A stretch of 64,000 bases of DNA, taken from NCBI GenBank assembly GCA_025786725.1, contig JAHLTZ010000015.1, positions 372,001 to 436,000 on the forward strand, read 5' to 3'. Positions 49,470-64,000 of this stretch are shown here, in pieces. A program made the position numbers and the translations under genes. Origin of the DNA: Syncephalis fuscata S228 (lineage: Eukaryota; Fungi; Zoopagomycota). The notes under the pieces are model-generated. The model was not told the origin of the DNA and searched no databases. It worked only from the letters and a program-made list of their open reading frames with translations. Within the stretch, counting starts at the first letter, position 1. Every line of letters starts with the position of its first letter.

Positions 49470-52400
49470 ATGACCGAACAGCGTTGGCCCGATAGTAATC
49501 CTCCATTCCACGTCGGTATCATTGTTGATACGTCGATAGACGACGAGAAACGATACCGTCGGTCTCTTTCACTACTGGCTCGTCTTGAAAGTTCGGGAAA
49601 ACCGCCCGAGCCAGAGGAATTAACCGAGTTTGCCGAAGCATTGCAAGTGGTTAAAGACACAGCAAAGCGGGGCAAGATTATTACTGAAGATGTTATACCA
49701 CTCTGTGTTTGGTGGTTATCGTTAGACTCAGTCGCACTATGGTGGCTATCGATATTTGAACAAGAAGCGGAAAGTTTAACGGCTGTTGGTAAGTTAATGG
49801 AACCAAATATGTATTTAGTATATTAAGTATAATCGATAGCGTTAAAGAAGGGATTTATTCATTTACAAAGCCTTATTACTGAACTTGCCGATACTAGTTT
49901 ATCTGAGATTGCTATTACAGCTATTCGCTGTGCTCACAAACTAGTACCGCACGCCTTTCTACGCTGGTAAGTTATTACAATACATATTGATGTTATAGTT
50001 ATTTATGTATTTATATTTAGTTGTGTGGCAGATGATGATGACGGCAAACTATGGCATATTGTACATCAAGTCTATGAGTCAGTTAAATTACGTGTACGTT
50101 CTCGGAACCCACAGATGCAACTTGTAGCCATACGGTTTATTACACTATTTGCACAAATATTTACACAGCGACTTACAAATCCTAGAGTAAGTCGAGTGTT
50201 GCATTAACAATAATAATAATACAAATTAACTATTGATGAATCAATATTAAAGATGCGTCGCTATCCACATGATGTATCAATTGCTCTTTACAAAGGTGGT
50301 AATCAAGGATTTAAAACGGCCAAGTGTGAACAATATGCAGAAACGATATTAGATGAATTACTGGCATTTATATGTGATCCTGGCGTGTAAGTATAGTCGA
50401 TGAGTAGCTATAGATGACAATTATCTTATTATTGATTATTAGTACTTATCCAACGGGTATTATTAATTGTGTATTTATCTATGCACGTTCACGTTGGAAA
50501 CATGCTGTTGCGGCAATTGAAAGTCTTTTACATATCTGTAAAAATATGCCCATTCACTGGTCTACAATGCAGCGTCGATGTGTTAGAAGAACAATTCTGG
50601 CAGGATTTAGCACGTTATTTCGGTATGGATCATAAAGTATTCAATATATACCTAATCACTTACATTGCCCTATTTAGATATGCAGTTTCAAGATCCGATA
50701 GAAAAACACGAGACTTTATATTAAAAGCGATTGAGGAGATTGAGGAGACAGCTCTTGTAAAAACACTTATACTATGGGAGGAAGGCAAACGACGTGGGCA
50801 CGCCTATCCAAGTACGTATAATATGAATAGATAACTTTTCTTTAATGTTTATATACACCATTGAACAGGCTCGAATGAAGCAACTACCGCTGAAATGACA
50901 TTAAACGGCGATTCTATTACGAGTAAAAATGAACGAATAGGTATTGGATCACGATCAGGCCGAGTAAACGCCACGGGGAATAATCGAGCCTTTGGTAATC
51001 GTGAGCCAAGTAACCTGATATTTGTAAATAAGCGAGATCCTCGACGTAAAGATGGCCGATTCTACGGTCGCTTGCATGTAGTCGATCCTTTTAAACAAAA
51101 GGGAAAAAGAAAGAAGCCTAAAGATAAAAAGGCAACGCTTGATGAAGATACGCTTAAACCATCTGAATCTAGCAATTCTATAGCTGAATCAATTCCCGAA
51201 ACACCCAGACCAATCATTGGCATGTCCTATGATCATTGCATTTTATTTATGAAGAGTACTATTGATCGGATTCTATATGGCCGACTTGTATCACTAATTG
51301 TGCCATCACATCTCAATTGGCGGGTGGCACTTGATCGATGCGCTGCCTTTCTCATAAGCCGAGGCGAAGAAAGTGACGAGGCACTAGCTTTGGTGAACAA
51401 CGAGGAGGATCTTGATATAGCACGTACCCATCTGGCTCAGTTTTTTGCTAGTGGATTTAATGATTGGTAGGTTGATTAGTAATCAATAATAGCTATTGAT
51501 ATATCAATGCTTTATATTTAGGCACCAGCATGCTTTATACTGGCTATATCTAGAGTGGTATGAAGATAAAGAGGTAATTGCTAGAGAGAGAGAGAGAGCT
51601 GACTATTAAGTGTTAATAAGCTATGAATTAACTAGGCTTATAATCAATCATTATGCCTGCAATTAAAACTATTGTTTGAAAATGAGACATTCTCAGAAAT
51701 TGTTGTTGGACAATTTATTCTAGGTATTCCAGAACTAACTAATGATGCTGGATATTTACTGCAAACATTCTGTAATAATATAAATTGGTAGGATTGTATT
51801 AGGTAACATTAAGTGTATTAATTAGAGCTATTAAATAGGTGTTATATGATATTGCAATGTCTACGCCGATGGTCATTAACTCAAGGAAACTCAATGTCGG
51901 TAGCATTCCGTCAGTTTTGGATACTTAGTATACAGCAAGGTAAAATTACATATTAAATTATGTTTATTATGCAGCATAACCAATTAATATTCTACACAGA
52001 TACTGATGAAATCCGGTTTGATGTCAATCGTGAGATTACACGTTGTATAGAGCGTAATCCACGTGCTATAATAGAAGCAAAACAGTTAGCTGAACTTGGT
52101 CTAAAAGCCATGACCAACAATGAAAATAGCATATTAATTGACTGGATAAAAGAATTAGAAAATAGATCAGAAAAGACAATGTTATTTGCTGAATCAAATG
52201 ATGAGCAAAAGCTAGATATAAAGGATAATAGAGAAGATAGAGAACAGAAGATGGTAAAACACTTTTTAGATATTATATTTCGTACTATGACACGGCGAGT
52301 CAATATTATTACACCGTATGTAATGAACACCTTTCCTACGATTTACACTGATCACTATACAATTTAATATCATTAGACTACTTCAGCACTATGCAAACTA

Positions 52401-53510
52401 TTCAATACGAACACAAATGGCCATTAAGGCCGGTATTATAGAAACAGTATTAGAGATTGGTCAATCGTGTACAGAATTAATATCGACTCTTTGTGAAGCG
52501 CCAAAAGATGCCAATGACTTGGTAGCATGGATTATTCGACTATTTGTTTCGGATGGTAAGTGCTAGAGGGTGAATACTAATGTTATTGGGCATTAAGTAT
52601 TTATTATAATTATAACTAATAGGTCGTCCGAGTCAAGAGTTGCGTAATGCTATTCTTGATATGGAAGCAAGAGAAGTCGAAGGGGCAGCCATTATCTCCT
52701 GGATGTTAGTAACGGCAGTTGATCATGTAAGATTTATTTGATACAATGAAATGAATAAAATACTTGAATCTAATGAATCTGATCATAGCATCACATTGAA
52801 TCAGCCGTATTAAAAGTACTAGGTGCAGCTAATAGTATGGATCAACTGCCTAGTATGATACATTCTATGATATTTTGGCTTGAGCGAGATTTAAATATTA
52901 AATCAAGTGATTTATTTTTAATGACTATTAAGAATACTTCTCGACAGAATGCAAAGCGAATTGGCAAAGGTAATTTTTAAACAAAATTGAGTAATTAATC
53001 AATTAATTAGTTATTATTATTATCAGTGATTGATCAATTTATTCTTATGTCTGATATATTTGATCGAAGTGTTATTCAAAATTCTCTAACCCGAGCTTAT
53101 AATATTCGGCAACCACCTGTGCTATTAATGCGTGCCGTAAGTATAACAATAGCATTTGATTACATTATTTATTCATTTAATTAATATTTTATTTTAGACT
53201 ATGCAGATTATGCGTGCCTATCCAGAAATGCTTGATGTTTCCCTTGATTTAATGGATTCACTTATCCAACGACCAGTTTGGGAAGTACCACAATTTGAAT
53301 CAGGCTTTATTAGATTTGTTAAAGTAAGTGATGATTTACTTATAATGGTTGTATTAACTCTAATACAATACAATACAATATAATACTTAGATGTGTCAAC
53401 CACGATCATTAAAATTGCTAAAAAGATTATCAATTAGCCGTAGAAATAGATTGCTTGAAGAACACTCTGACCTGAAAACTGCTTATTTGTTTAATGAACG
53501 TCTCTCATAA
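49470..53510 (+). CDS. Divergent symplekin/Pta1-like protein, many introns
   Basis: C-terminal PVLLMRA/TMQIMRAYPEM...LIQRPVWEVPQFESGFIRFVK/MCQPRS resembles the symplekin C-domain; HEAT-like N-terminal exons; consistent GT-AG junctions. Confidence 0.6.
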
Positions 53511-53713
53511 CTATATATATACGCACATACACATACATAATTCTAATGGATCGGCATTGAAGCATTAATAAATACCATAGCATGACGTCATTAGCTAAAA
53601 CAAGCACAGTGTAACTTAAAGTGGTGTCTTATCTATTTGGCTTTTCTCCGTCCTTCGTATTTGCCAGTCTCTTTATTTTACGCTCTCTTCACTTATCTGT
53701 ATTACTGTCTACC

Positions 53714-54482
53714 ATGGAATCACGTACCGTTGTAGTTGCTTTAAATGACTCACCCGTTACACTCTACGCTCTAAATTGGGCTCTTTCTCATGTGTTTCGT
53801 GTCTCAGATGACACTTTACAATTGCTTCATGTTGTCAAATTACCTGAAGAGCAGTCAGAAAATAGCGATTACTGCATTATAGGTACCTATTTCAGTGCTA
53901 TTAGTATTTTATATTCTATTAAGAGTATATAGTGCTGCTGTTGTCAATGATGCTAATAATACAAATGAATAGCAACACCTAGGCCACCAGCCGCATCAAA
54001 GCGTACCTCGCTACAACGATCCACTGTCCAAGGCTATGAGATCATTCAACGTGGCGAGTCTGTCGTTAAAGCAGCATTTCCAGACACCACTGTAAGTATT
54101 GTATAAGTACCTTTTTCTTTTACTATATCATTATTATAGATCAACTATAAAACGGAAATTGTTTACAATAATAGTATAGTCAATGGAATATTGGATTTTG
54201 TTCACAATCCACAGCAGACATCAATTCTTGTACTAGGGAAAAAGGAACTACCGTATGTATATGAGTGAGACGCAGCTATTAGAGGTCAGCTAATGAAATA
54301 GGCTAATGAATAGACACGATACACAGTCATCATTTACACAACAACAAAATACAATCAAGTTTTGTGTTCATAATGCGCACTGTCCAGGTAAATAATTCAT
54401 TTGATACTTAAACTATACAAAGTAATAATTTTCGTTTTTACTATTCTTCATAGTTGTTGTAGTACGCGAGCAAAAGAAATAA
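53714..54482 (+). CDS. Universal stress protein (USP) family, multi-exon
   Basis: MESRTVVVALNDSPVTLYALNWAL...LQLLHVV; C-terminus FCVHNAHCP/VVVVR. Confidence 0.8.
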
Positions 54483-54504
54483 GTTTTATTTTATTGCATC
54501 AACA

Positions 54505-55032
54505 CTATTGTTTGTATCGAAGAATATCAAATGCAGTGAATGTACATTCTTCAATCTCTTTTTCTTTATATTCAGTACTTGTCACTTGCGATTCTGGACT
54601 GCCTTTGTTTCTAAACCAAATTTTCCTTTTTAATTAACATACCGGGATATTAGTATTAGTAGTATGTGCAAGTAGTTTATATCTTTATACACAATGTATA
54701 TATTGATATGATACTTACATTGTGTGGATCTTGTCGGCTGGTCCTTGTGCTACGCCTTCTACCGTACCATAAGCTTATCAATATTATTATTAATAAATAA
54801 ATTTTATTAGTTTAGTGTTAGTATTAGTGTTATTAGCTTTACTAAGTCCATTGTCGTCTTTTAATACTTACGTGTATTGCGTATCCAACCTACTAGACCA
54901 AGTGTACTGGCGCGGTTAGCCGTGTATCTACGATAATAGACACCTTGTATAGTAAAGTATAATAAGCGACAAATAGTTGTAGTCATTCAACTCAACTGAA
55001 CTGCATACCTTGTACGCGACCAAATATTTCAT
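54505..55032 (-). CDS. Acylphosphatase-like protein; the N-terminal phosphate loop looks damaged
   Basis: YRRYTANRASTLGLVGWIRNT, GTVEGVAQGP, GSPESQVTSTEY...FTAFDI. Confidence 0.7.
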
Positions 55033-55200
55033 AGTGTAACTCAACTAACGCTGTCATAGTGTAATAATGATAGTGATAATAAAAGAAGAAACAAATAAAA
55101 CATGAATATTCATAAATCCTTTTATTTATTAACGACAAAAAGAAAATCATCATTTATTTGTATAATGATGTGATAACAACAGGTATTACTATTATTATGA

Positions 55201-58200
55201 TTACGCTTGAGTCATAATGATTGTTTCTTGAGGAGCACGTTCAACAGGACCACGAATCATACCAATGGCCTTGCCGTGTAAGAAGCTTTCCATTTCTTCA
55301 AGTGTACGTTTTTGTACACCACCAGATACCGGCAAACGTGACTCACCCGTAAGTGCTCGATCAACTTCTCGTGCACATTGTCGTCCTTCATTGATGCCCC
55401 AAACAACTAGGGACTGGCCACGACGACAATCGCCTGCGGCAAATACCTTGGCTCGACTTGTTGCGTAGCCACCCTCGCTACTTTGTTCTGATGTACGAAT
55501 GTTTGTACGGGCATCTTGTGCCAGACCCAGCTGCTTAACAACCGATTCCTCAGGACCAAGGAAACCCATAGCTAGCAGTATAAGATCGGCTTCAAAGAAC
55601 TCTTCAGTACCTTCTAATTCGCGCATTTGCCAGCGACCTTGATCGTCGCGGGTCCATTCAACGCGAATGGTATTAATACCACGTACATTGCCTTGACCAT
55701 CCGAGACAAATTCCTTACTAAGTACGCAGTATTCGCGTGGATCACGGCCATGCTGTACTTCAACTTCAGCGTGGCCATAATCCACCTTAAACGTACGCGG
55801 GAACTGTGGCCATGGATTATCCTTAGCACGGGTAGCCGGTGGCTGTGGCAGTAATTCGAAATTAGCGATTGATACGGCACCGTGACGTAATGAAGTAGCA
55901 ATGCAATCACAGCCAGTATCACCGCCACCAATAACGACGACACGTTTACCGCGAGCACTTAAGTAGCGTTCATCGGTAAGCTGTGAGTCGAGTAGACTTT
56001 GAGTATTACGTTGTAAAAATTCCATAGCATAGTGAATACCATTTAGATCACGATTAGGAATGGCCAAGTCACGTGGCCATGTCGCTCCTGTAGCTACTAC
56101 CATGGCATCTACTTTATTAAGTAGCTCTTCGGCATTGATGTCCACGCCAATATGAGCATTTGGTACGAATTCAATACCTTCAGCAGCCATTAAATCGATA
56201 CGACGTTGCACAACCTTCTTATCGAGTTTCATATTTGGAATACCGTACATTAATAGACCGCCCATACGATCATTACGGTCATAGACGGTTACCAAATGGC
56301 CAGCTCGATTCAATTGATCAGCTGCGGCTAGGCCGGCTGGTCCACTGCCAACAACAGCTACTCGTTTGCCGGTGCGTGTCTTGGGTGGTTGTGGTGCTAG
56401 CCAGCCTTGTTCGTAGCCATAGTCAATAATGGCAGCTTCAATGCTTTTGATGCTGACTGGCATTTCATTAATGCCTAAGACACAGGCGCCTTCACACGGA
56501 GCTGGACAGACACGGCCGGTAAATTCAGGGAAGTTATTCGTCAATAACAGTCGATCAAGTGCATCGCGCCACTGATCTTTAAAGACAAGTTCATTCCATT
56601 TTGGAATAACATTGCCAATAGGACAGCCTGAGTCTGACTGGCAGAAGGGCACACCACAGTCCATACAACGAGCTGCTTGTACTTTAAGCGCATCAGCATC
56701 TAAACGAGCACTAATCTCCTCCCAATCCTTGACACGCTTCCGTGGATTACGGTATGGATCACCACGACGTTTATACTTCATAAATCCACGTAGTCGATCA
56801 ATAACTTGAGCTCGCTTCTTGGCCATTTGCTCATCTACCATGGCATCTTCAATATCGCCAAGTGAAGACGCATTGGCGGCCGTTACTTCAACCTGCTTCT
56901 CTTTTACTTCTTCAACAATCTTCTTAGCGCTAGCCTTCTTCTGTTCTTCTAATACAATCTTATAATCGATTGGCATAACTTTAACAAACCGTGTTACTTC
57001 TTGATCAAAGTTGGCTAATAAACGAGCAGCAACTTCAGAGCCTGTATAGATATGATGTTCGTTGATTAATCCACGTAATTGAGCAATCTCTTCTGTATCT
57101 TCAAGCTTTTCTAACTCAACCATTTCCATATTGCAACGTGATGCAAATTCGGTATCTACATCAAGTATGTAAGCAATACCGCCGCTCATACCGGCAGCAA
57201 AGTTACGGCCAGTTGAGCCAAGAATAACACAGCAGCCACCAGTCATATACTCGCAGCCATGATCACCGACACCTTCAACGACGGCAATAGCACCCGAGTT
57301 ACGTACACAAAAACGTTCAGCTGCCAATCCGCGGAAGAAAGCCTTGCCACTGGTTGCACCGTATAAACATACATTGCCGATGATAACGTTCTTTTCAGCG
57401 GCAAATGTTGATACGCGTGGTGGATAGATGATAAGTTGGCCGCCCGATAAGCCTTTACCAACATAGTCGTTGGCATCACCTTCAAGCTCAAGTGTAATAC
57501 CCGATGCTAGGAATGCGCCGAATGACTGGCCAGCCGATCCTTTAAGATTAACATGTACTTGGTCGGCTTCAAGTCCTTTCTCGCCATGTCGACGTGATAC
57601 ATGGTAGCTAAGCGTAGTACCTAAAGCACGATCGGTATTGACGACTTCAGCATCAATCTGTACACGCTTTCCTTCGAACAATGCCGGCTCAGATTCGGCA
57701 ATAAGTCGATTATCAAGTCGCAAATGTAGCATGTGCTCTTGTTTGCGTACATTGAATGTAGCAACATTTGGACGTAATGTATGTGCCGGTGTCAGAATTG
57801 GCGATAAATCAAGCTGGCGTGTTTTAGCGTCCATGGCCTTAGTATTAACTACTAGTCGATCACAACGACCGACCATTTCGTTAATAGTACGGAAGCCTAG
57901 ACGGGCCATGATGGTACGTAATTCTTCAGCCACATAATAGAAGAAGTTAACGACGTGTTCTGGACTGCCTTTAAACTTTTCACGTAATGCTGGATCCTGT
58001 GTGGCAATACCTACTGGACAGGTATTCAAATGACATTTACGCATCATGGTGCAGCCAAGTGCAATAAGCGGCGTAGTGGCAAATCCCCACTCTTCAGCAC
58101 CAAGTAAACAAGCAATGGCTACATCACGACCAGTCTTAATTTGTCCATCGGTTTGGACGACAACACGGCCGCGTAGATCGTTAAGGACCAGTGTTTGGTG

Positions 58201-61200
58201 CGTTTCAGCCAATCCTAGCTCCCAAGGAAGACCGGCGTATTTGATACCGGTCCAACGAGAGGCACCTGTGCCGCCGTCATGGCCTGAAATAAGAATATGG
58301 TCGGCTTTGGCTTTGGCAACACCAGAAGCAATGACGCCAACACCAACTTCCGATACAAGTTTAACAGATACACGGGCTCGTGGATTTGAGCATTTAAGAT
58401 CGTAAATCAATTGCTTCAAGTCTTCAATTGAGTAGATGTCGTGATGTGGCGGTGGTGAAATAAGGCCAACACCAGGCGTAGATTTACGAGTATCTGCAAT
58501 GGACTGTGACACTTTGTAGCCAGGTAATTCACCACCTTCACCTGGTTTGGCACCTTGGGCCATCTTGATTTGAATCTCGTCAGAGTCACTCAAATACCAG
58601 CTGGTTACGCCGAATCGACCTGAAGCGACCTGTTTAATAGCTGATCGCAATAGATCGCCATTTTCATCGGGTACACTTGAACGACGTGGATCTTCACCAC
58701 CTTCGCCGGTATTGCTTTTACCGCCAAGTCGATTCATTGCAGCGGCAAGTGCTGTGTGCGATTCGTATGAAATACTGCCATAGCTCATAGCACCGGTACA
58801 GAACCGTTTAACAATTTCAGTCCATGGCTCAACTTCATCAATAGGAATAGCTCTGGCTTCATTGAATTCAAATTCAAGTAGGCCACGAAGTGTACAGCGT
58901 GCTACCTGAGCATGTGCATTACGTGCATAGTCCTCGTAGGCACGTTGGTTCTTGCGACGCACTGCATCTTGTAGACTGGCAATGCCAGCTGGGTCGTTAA
59001 TATGTGAATCACCGCCATCACGCCAATGATATTCGCCCGATTCAGGCAGTGTCATAGTGTGCACTGTATCGCGCGTAGGATAGCCAAACTCATGCAAAGT
59101 AATAGCATCAAGCGCTAAACTTTCAAATCCAATACCTTTAATACGTGAGGCAGTACCGGCAAAGCAGCGATCGACAACAGTTGCATCAATACCAAGTGCT
59201 TCAAAGATTTGGGCACCTTTATACGATTGCAGCGTTGAAATACCCATCTTCGACATAACTTTAAGAATGCCGTTGTTGCTAGCCTTTTTGTAATTGGCAA
59301 CAACCTTGGATTCAGGTAGATTATCGCGTAGTGCATTCTCTCGACGTAGTTTAAGCATTGCCTCGATGGCCAAGTAAGGACAGATGGCATCAGCACCATA
59401 GCCAAGCAGTACACATAGATGATGTACTTCACGTGCTTCACCTGTCTCGACAATAAGCGCCACCTTATTGCGTTGCTTATTACGTACAAGATAATGATGG
59501 ACAGCACCTAATGATACTAGTGTTGATATAGCTACACGGTCCTTCGACATCATACGATCACTTAAAATGACCACTTTATAGTTGTCGAGTATAGCTTTCG
59601 ATACTTGAGCACAGACTCGTTCAAGACCGTCCATATAGCCGGCATGGCCTGCTTCACGGGGAAATGTAATATCAATCGTAATAACTGGCCATTTTGGCAT
59701 AAACCGCTGCATGTTACGAATGCACTCAATCTCCTCTAGATCAAGTATAGGTGAGCGCAACAGAAGTCGGTGACATTGATTAGGACTCTGTTCTAGAATG
59801 TTGCCACCTGGGCCGACGTAGCACTCAAGTGACATAACAATCTCTTCACGGATTGGATCAATAGGTGGATTCGTTACTTGGGCAAATAGCTGTCTAAAGT
59901 AATCGTATACCAAGCGTGGTTGACGTGATAAACAGGCCAACGGCGAGTCGTTACCCATCGATCCTAGTGCTTCTTTACCGTCATTAGCCATAGGTGAAAT
60001 AAGTAGATTCAGTTGTTCAAGTGTATAGCCATAGGCTAGCAAACGTGGATCTTGCGCTACACTTGTTGTATCCAATAGGCCGCGTGGCCATTGATTGCTA
60101 CGACGGGCCCAATCACATAGATTATCGAGTGTAATCATTTGCTCGTTGGCCCATTGAGCATAAGGGCGACGACGGGCCACGGTCATTTTAAGCTCACCGT
60201 CATCGACAATACAGCCTTCTTTCGTGTCGACAAGTAGCATTTTACCAGGCTGTAGACGACCTTTGGTCACCACTGTTTCTGGCTCAATACGAATGGTACC
60301 AACTTCTGATGCACAAATCATTGTATCGTCATTAAGAACGTAGTAACGACAAGGACGTAAACCATTACGATCAAGGCAGGCACCACAATAACGTCCATCG
60401 GCAAATGTGAAAAGAGCTGGACCATCCCATGGCTCCATTAAACAAGCAGCCCATTCGTAAAAAGCCTTCTTTTCTGGATCCATATCTGGATTATCTTGCC
60501 AGGCCTCAGGTACCATCATCATAACGGCTTCAGGCATAGAAAGAACGCCGTTAACAACAAGTAATTCAAGCACATTGTCGAATGAGGCCGAATCCGATCC
60601 ACCTTCTTCAATAATTGGATAGAGCTTCTCCAGATCCTTGTGGAAAAGCGATGAGCGCATTTCACCTTCACGGGCACGCATCCAATTGATGTTACCGCGC
60701 ATGGTATTAATTTCACCTAATTATTAATAATGATAATAGTGTATTAATAATTAATTAATTAATAAAACTGTATAAATAAATTACCATTATGTGCACACCA
60801 GCGCATTGGTTGAGCTCTGTCCCAACTGGGAAAAGTATTGGTTGAGAAACGAGAATGCACTAAAGTAAAGTGCGTTTCATAAGCTACATTACGTAAATCG
60901 TAAAAGTAGTTGTAAACTTGACGTGGTGCCAATTGACCTTTGTATACAATATTGCGCGAAGAAAGCGAACAAACATAGAACCAGTCTGTCTTTGGGATAC
61001 GATGCGTGGCATGTTTACGCAATACGTATAATTGGCGTTCAAATAAAGCTGGATCAAATTCCTCCGAATCAAGCACAACAAATGGCTGTTCCATCGCTGG
61101 TTCACGAGACTTTGAAGTAGGGCCGAGAATAGTCGAATCACGAGGGACAGAACGCCAGCCAAGTACACGAAGGCCATGATCACGAGCCAATCGTGCAAAT

Positions 61201-61643
61201 GTGAGTTTTGACTTTTGACGCACATCATCTTGTGGTGACAAATAAACAATACCAACGGCATATTGACCAGGTGCTGGCAATTTAACACCAAGTTCACGAT
61301 CAGCTTCTTGTGCAAAAAACTTGTGTGGTACACCTGTCATGACACCGGCACCGTCACCATCGCGGAAATCAGATCCAACTGCACCACGATGCGTCATATT
61401 ACATAGAATTGACTCGGCTTTGTCAAGCAATTTATGCGATGCTTGTCCCTTAATATTGACGATAAATCCGACACCACAGGCATCTTTCTCTAATGCAGGG
61501 TCATAGAGACCTTGCTTGGCCGGCAACGACTCGGCCCATATCGTCTTATCACGCACAACATTTTCTGCCGTATCCACTGTTGATACAGCTTCAATGGCCG
61601 ACTTCATTTCCTTTAATGATAGTGAAGATGATGGCTGGATCAT
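55201..61643 (-). CDS. GLT1: NADH-dependent glutamate synthase (fused alpha+beta), 2 exons
   Basis: EKDACGVGF amidotransferase start, HNG/EINT junction (intron about 60718-60784), [46 protein letters not shown]. Confidence 0.97.
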
Positions 61644-63596
61644 GTATAGCAATGATGATATTCGTTATTACTTAACAATGAATAGCTTCAATAAATGAAA
61701 CAAGTTGAATTAACTATTCACTATTTAACGAGTATTGTGAAATGAAGGGTGGTAGCTTAAACAACCAATTGAATGACACTTTTACGCCACACAAACAAAC
61801 ACAAACTAGAGTAGTAGTAGTAGTAGCACTGCAATGATTAATAATAATCCTCAAAGCAGGCAATAACAATAAGTTTTCTTGTAAACAATAACAATAGCTG
61901 ATTTGAATGATTTAAATCAAATCCAAATTACGTTTTTTGTAGTAGTGTTGCTATTTATGTGGCTCGTTAATCGACAGAGCGATGCTTCAGTGTGTTGCTG
62001 CACTTTTGTGAAATAACAAAGCACAGCGTTTTGATGTAGAATAGAAGGATGTGTAAAGTGTTTAAAGAAGGGCAAACAATCCACACAGTAGTTTGATAAG
62101 ACAGTGTAGACAATAATACTGCCACTGCTAGTAGAAAGCCTTCTTTTTTACGCAAGTAGATACGTGAGTGTATGAATATGGGTATGTGAGTGGGGTGTGG
62201 GTGTGGGTGAGCGTGCGTATCTCGATACTACAATACAAGGAAATGAGAACGAGACAGATAGAGTAAGTGAAGTGACAAGAGAACAGTCCGGCAAATAGCT
62301 TGTTGCTGCTGCTGTAGTAGTTAAGTAATAGGTTAAACCATAGTCGTGGCAAATGTATCAGGTTAGCCAAGACAGAATTGTATCACATATTGGTTACTTA
62401 CCACGTAAGAAACAGTTCGGTAATATCAACTAAGTGCAATAAATGAAAGTAAGGAGCGCAGAAGGTAGCTATGCAAAAGACAACTACGCCGAAAGACTAA
62501 GAGTTACAAAGAAGTGAAAGGCAGATTGGTTTACAGCGTATGAGCGTAGAATACGACTAAAAGTAATCGTTTAGAAGAAGAAGAAACTAGATAAGCTGGG
62601 GAAGTAGACAAGTCAATAAGTGGAGAGTACTTGGTTAAAGCAACGTAGTAGCAATAAAGTGCGTATTTGCACTAATAACAGTAGAATAAATGGTAATTGG
62701 GTTGGGTTGTTAGTGAACGTAGTAGCAATAGTGGTAGAAGAAGAAGAAATAAAAAGCCCCGAACCAGAGTCAGGCAGTAGGAAACAAAAGCGAAACTCAA
62801 ACTTTATCGGCAACTTGGTTAAGTATTTATACAAGATAACGATAATAGATAATGAGAAGTGCCGAGGGCGGTGATAATTTATTGATATTGATGATGATGA
62901 TGCTGATGATGGTGGTGGTGATGATGATGATGATTTCTGATAACATCTCTGTGATGTGTGTTTGCTGGGAACGGCACTGATTGCCGAATCTAGTAGCAGT
63001 CCATTTAATGTTTGCCAATGGAGGCAATGGTCGAATAAAAAACGCGTCAGTCCTTCGGTCACACGCAACTATACATATACACACATGCTCTTTTAGTCTA
63101 ACTGATTGGTTCATCGGCAGATAAGCATGTGATATACGTTGGAAAACAAAAATGCTCATCACTATTCTCCGTCTCTTTACTTTGCCGACATATTCACCGA
63201 ATAATACTCGCTCTCTTTCTCGCTTCCTCCATTCTAGAGCTCTAGGCCTATGGCTTATCGCTTTAATTATGGGGAAATAAAGCGTGGTAATAAACTACTG
63301 GGTTTATCAGCTATTGGATCAGTAAATCTAGAACCATCGGAAGATCTCGGAACACTGGTTTGAAATAAAGTCGTGGTGGGTAAGGTGCTCGAACAATGGC
63401 CAGCCCCGATTTTACCCGAGTTGGACAGTCGGTAAAACGACTTTTCCTGCCAATACGCTAATCAACTCCGCCTGTTTTAGTTGGAATCTTGCTCATATGA
63501 CCATGAGAATAAAATATGACGATCTTTGTATAATAAAATAATGCCTATTGATAAGCAATCTATGTAACAACGTATATAGAAAATGTCTTTATTAAA

Positions 63597-64000
63597 CTAA
63601 AGAACATGTTGATTGGGTGCAAGACAAGCTTGCTCCCATCCTTGTAATACGCGAACAATACGATTATTAACACGCAATTGCTCGACGCCATCAACAGCCT
63701 GCACAAACGTTGATGGTTCATAGACACCAACAACAATTCGACGAATCCACGGTGTTGCGAGTAAGCGCTGTGTGCAGCTTGGCTTACCAGAAAGACGATG
63801 CACACATGGCTCCATAGTTGTATACATGGTAATAAAACTTGAACCATCAGTTGTAACGGATGCTAATGCTATTTTGTCGACTATATCGGATGATAGCTTT
63901 AATAAACAGCATTCCTCAGCGTGCGTATTACCAGGCAATTCACGTGAATAGCCTGTGGATACTATTGTCATAGAGTATTTATCTTTTTCCAACTGGCACG
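63597..64000 (-). CDS. Cytidine-deaminase-fold riboflavin biosynthesis deaminase (Rib2-type domain); 5' end outside the window
   Basis: STGYSRELPGNTHAEEC and YTTMEPCVHRLSGKPSC zinc motifs; VVGVYEP. Confidence 0.85.
   Translation of the reverse strand, partial: CQLEKDKYSMTIVSTGYSRELPGNTHAEECCLLKLSSDIVDKIALASVTTDGSSFITMYTTMEPCVHRLSGKPSCTQRLLATPWIRRIVVGVYEPSTFVQAVDGVEQLRVNNRIVRVLQGWEQACLAPNQHVL

Noticed and set aside
55265-63162. Many short ORFs overlapping GLT1 and its long upstream region
   Set aside because: Alternative-frame or low-complexity ORFs with no motifs.

Overview
AT-rich, intron-containing eukaryotic DNA from an early-diverging fungus; Zoopagomycota/Syncephalis-like is my inference from intron style and gene content. 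Housekeeping genes: UTP20 (partial), an MRH4/DDX28-like DEAD-box helicase, THOC3, CWC21, striatin/Far8, tubulin cofactor B, an LRRC40-like protein, PHO88/SND3, methylmalonate-semialdehyde dehydrogenase, a divergent symplekin, a USP protein, acylphosphatase, GLT1 and a RIB2-type deaminase. AT-rich accessory stretches lie between them. The top finding, absent from the ORF track, is at 46105-47469. What looks like an ~82-bp tandem repeat is a 17-exon gene with fourteen 3-nt micro-exons and one 15-nt exon. After restoring one base in exon 1, it splices to a 51-aa secreted dibasic-site precursor: signal-KPTLVRR-AVAPLAKR-ALDRR-GPRPATI. Every exon-skipping combination stays in frame and cannot create a stop. 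Second, a decayed Fanzor (TnpB-like) gene lies inside a TA-flanked inverted-repeat element at 30.1-30.9 kb, with two further copies of its 3' (putative omegaRNA) end. Also present: an HExxH-type M49 peptidase with a hydrophobic N-terminus, a tandem pair of secreted Pro/Thr/Tyr-repeat proteins, and four 1-nt deletions that are probably assembly errors. All splice models were read by eye.
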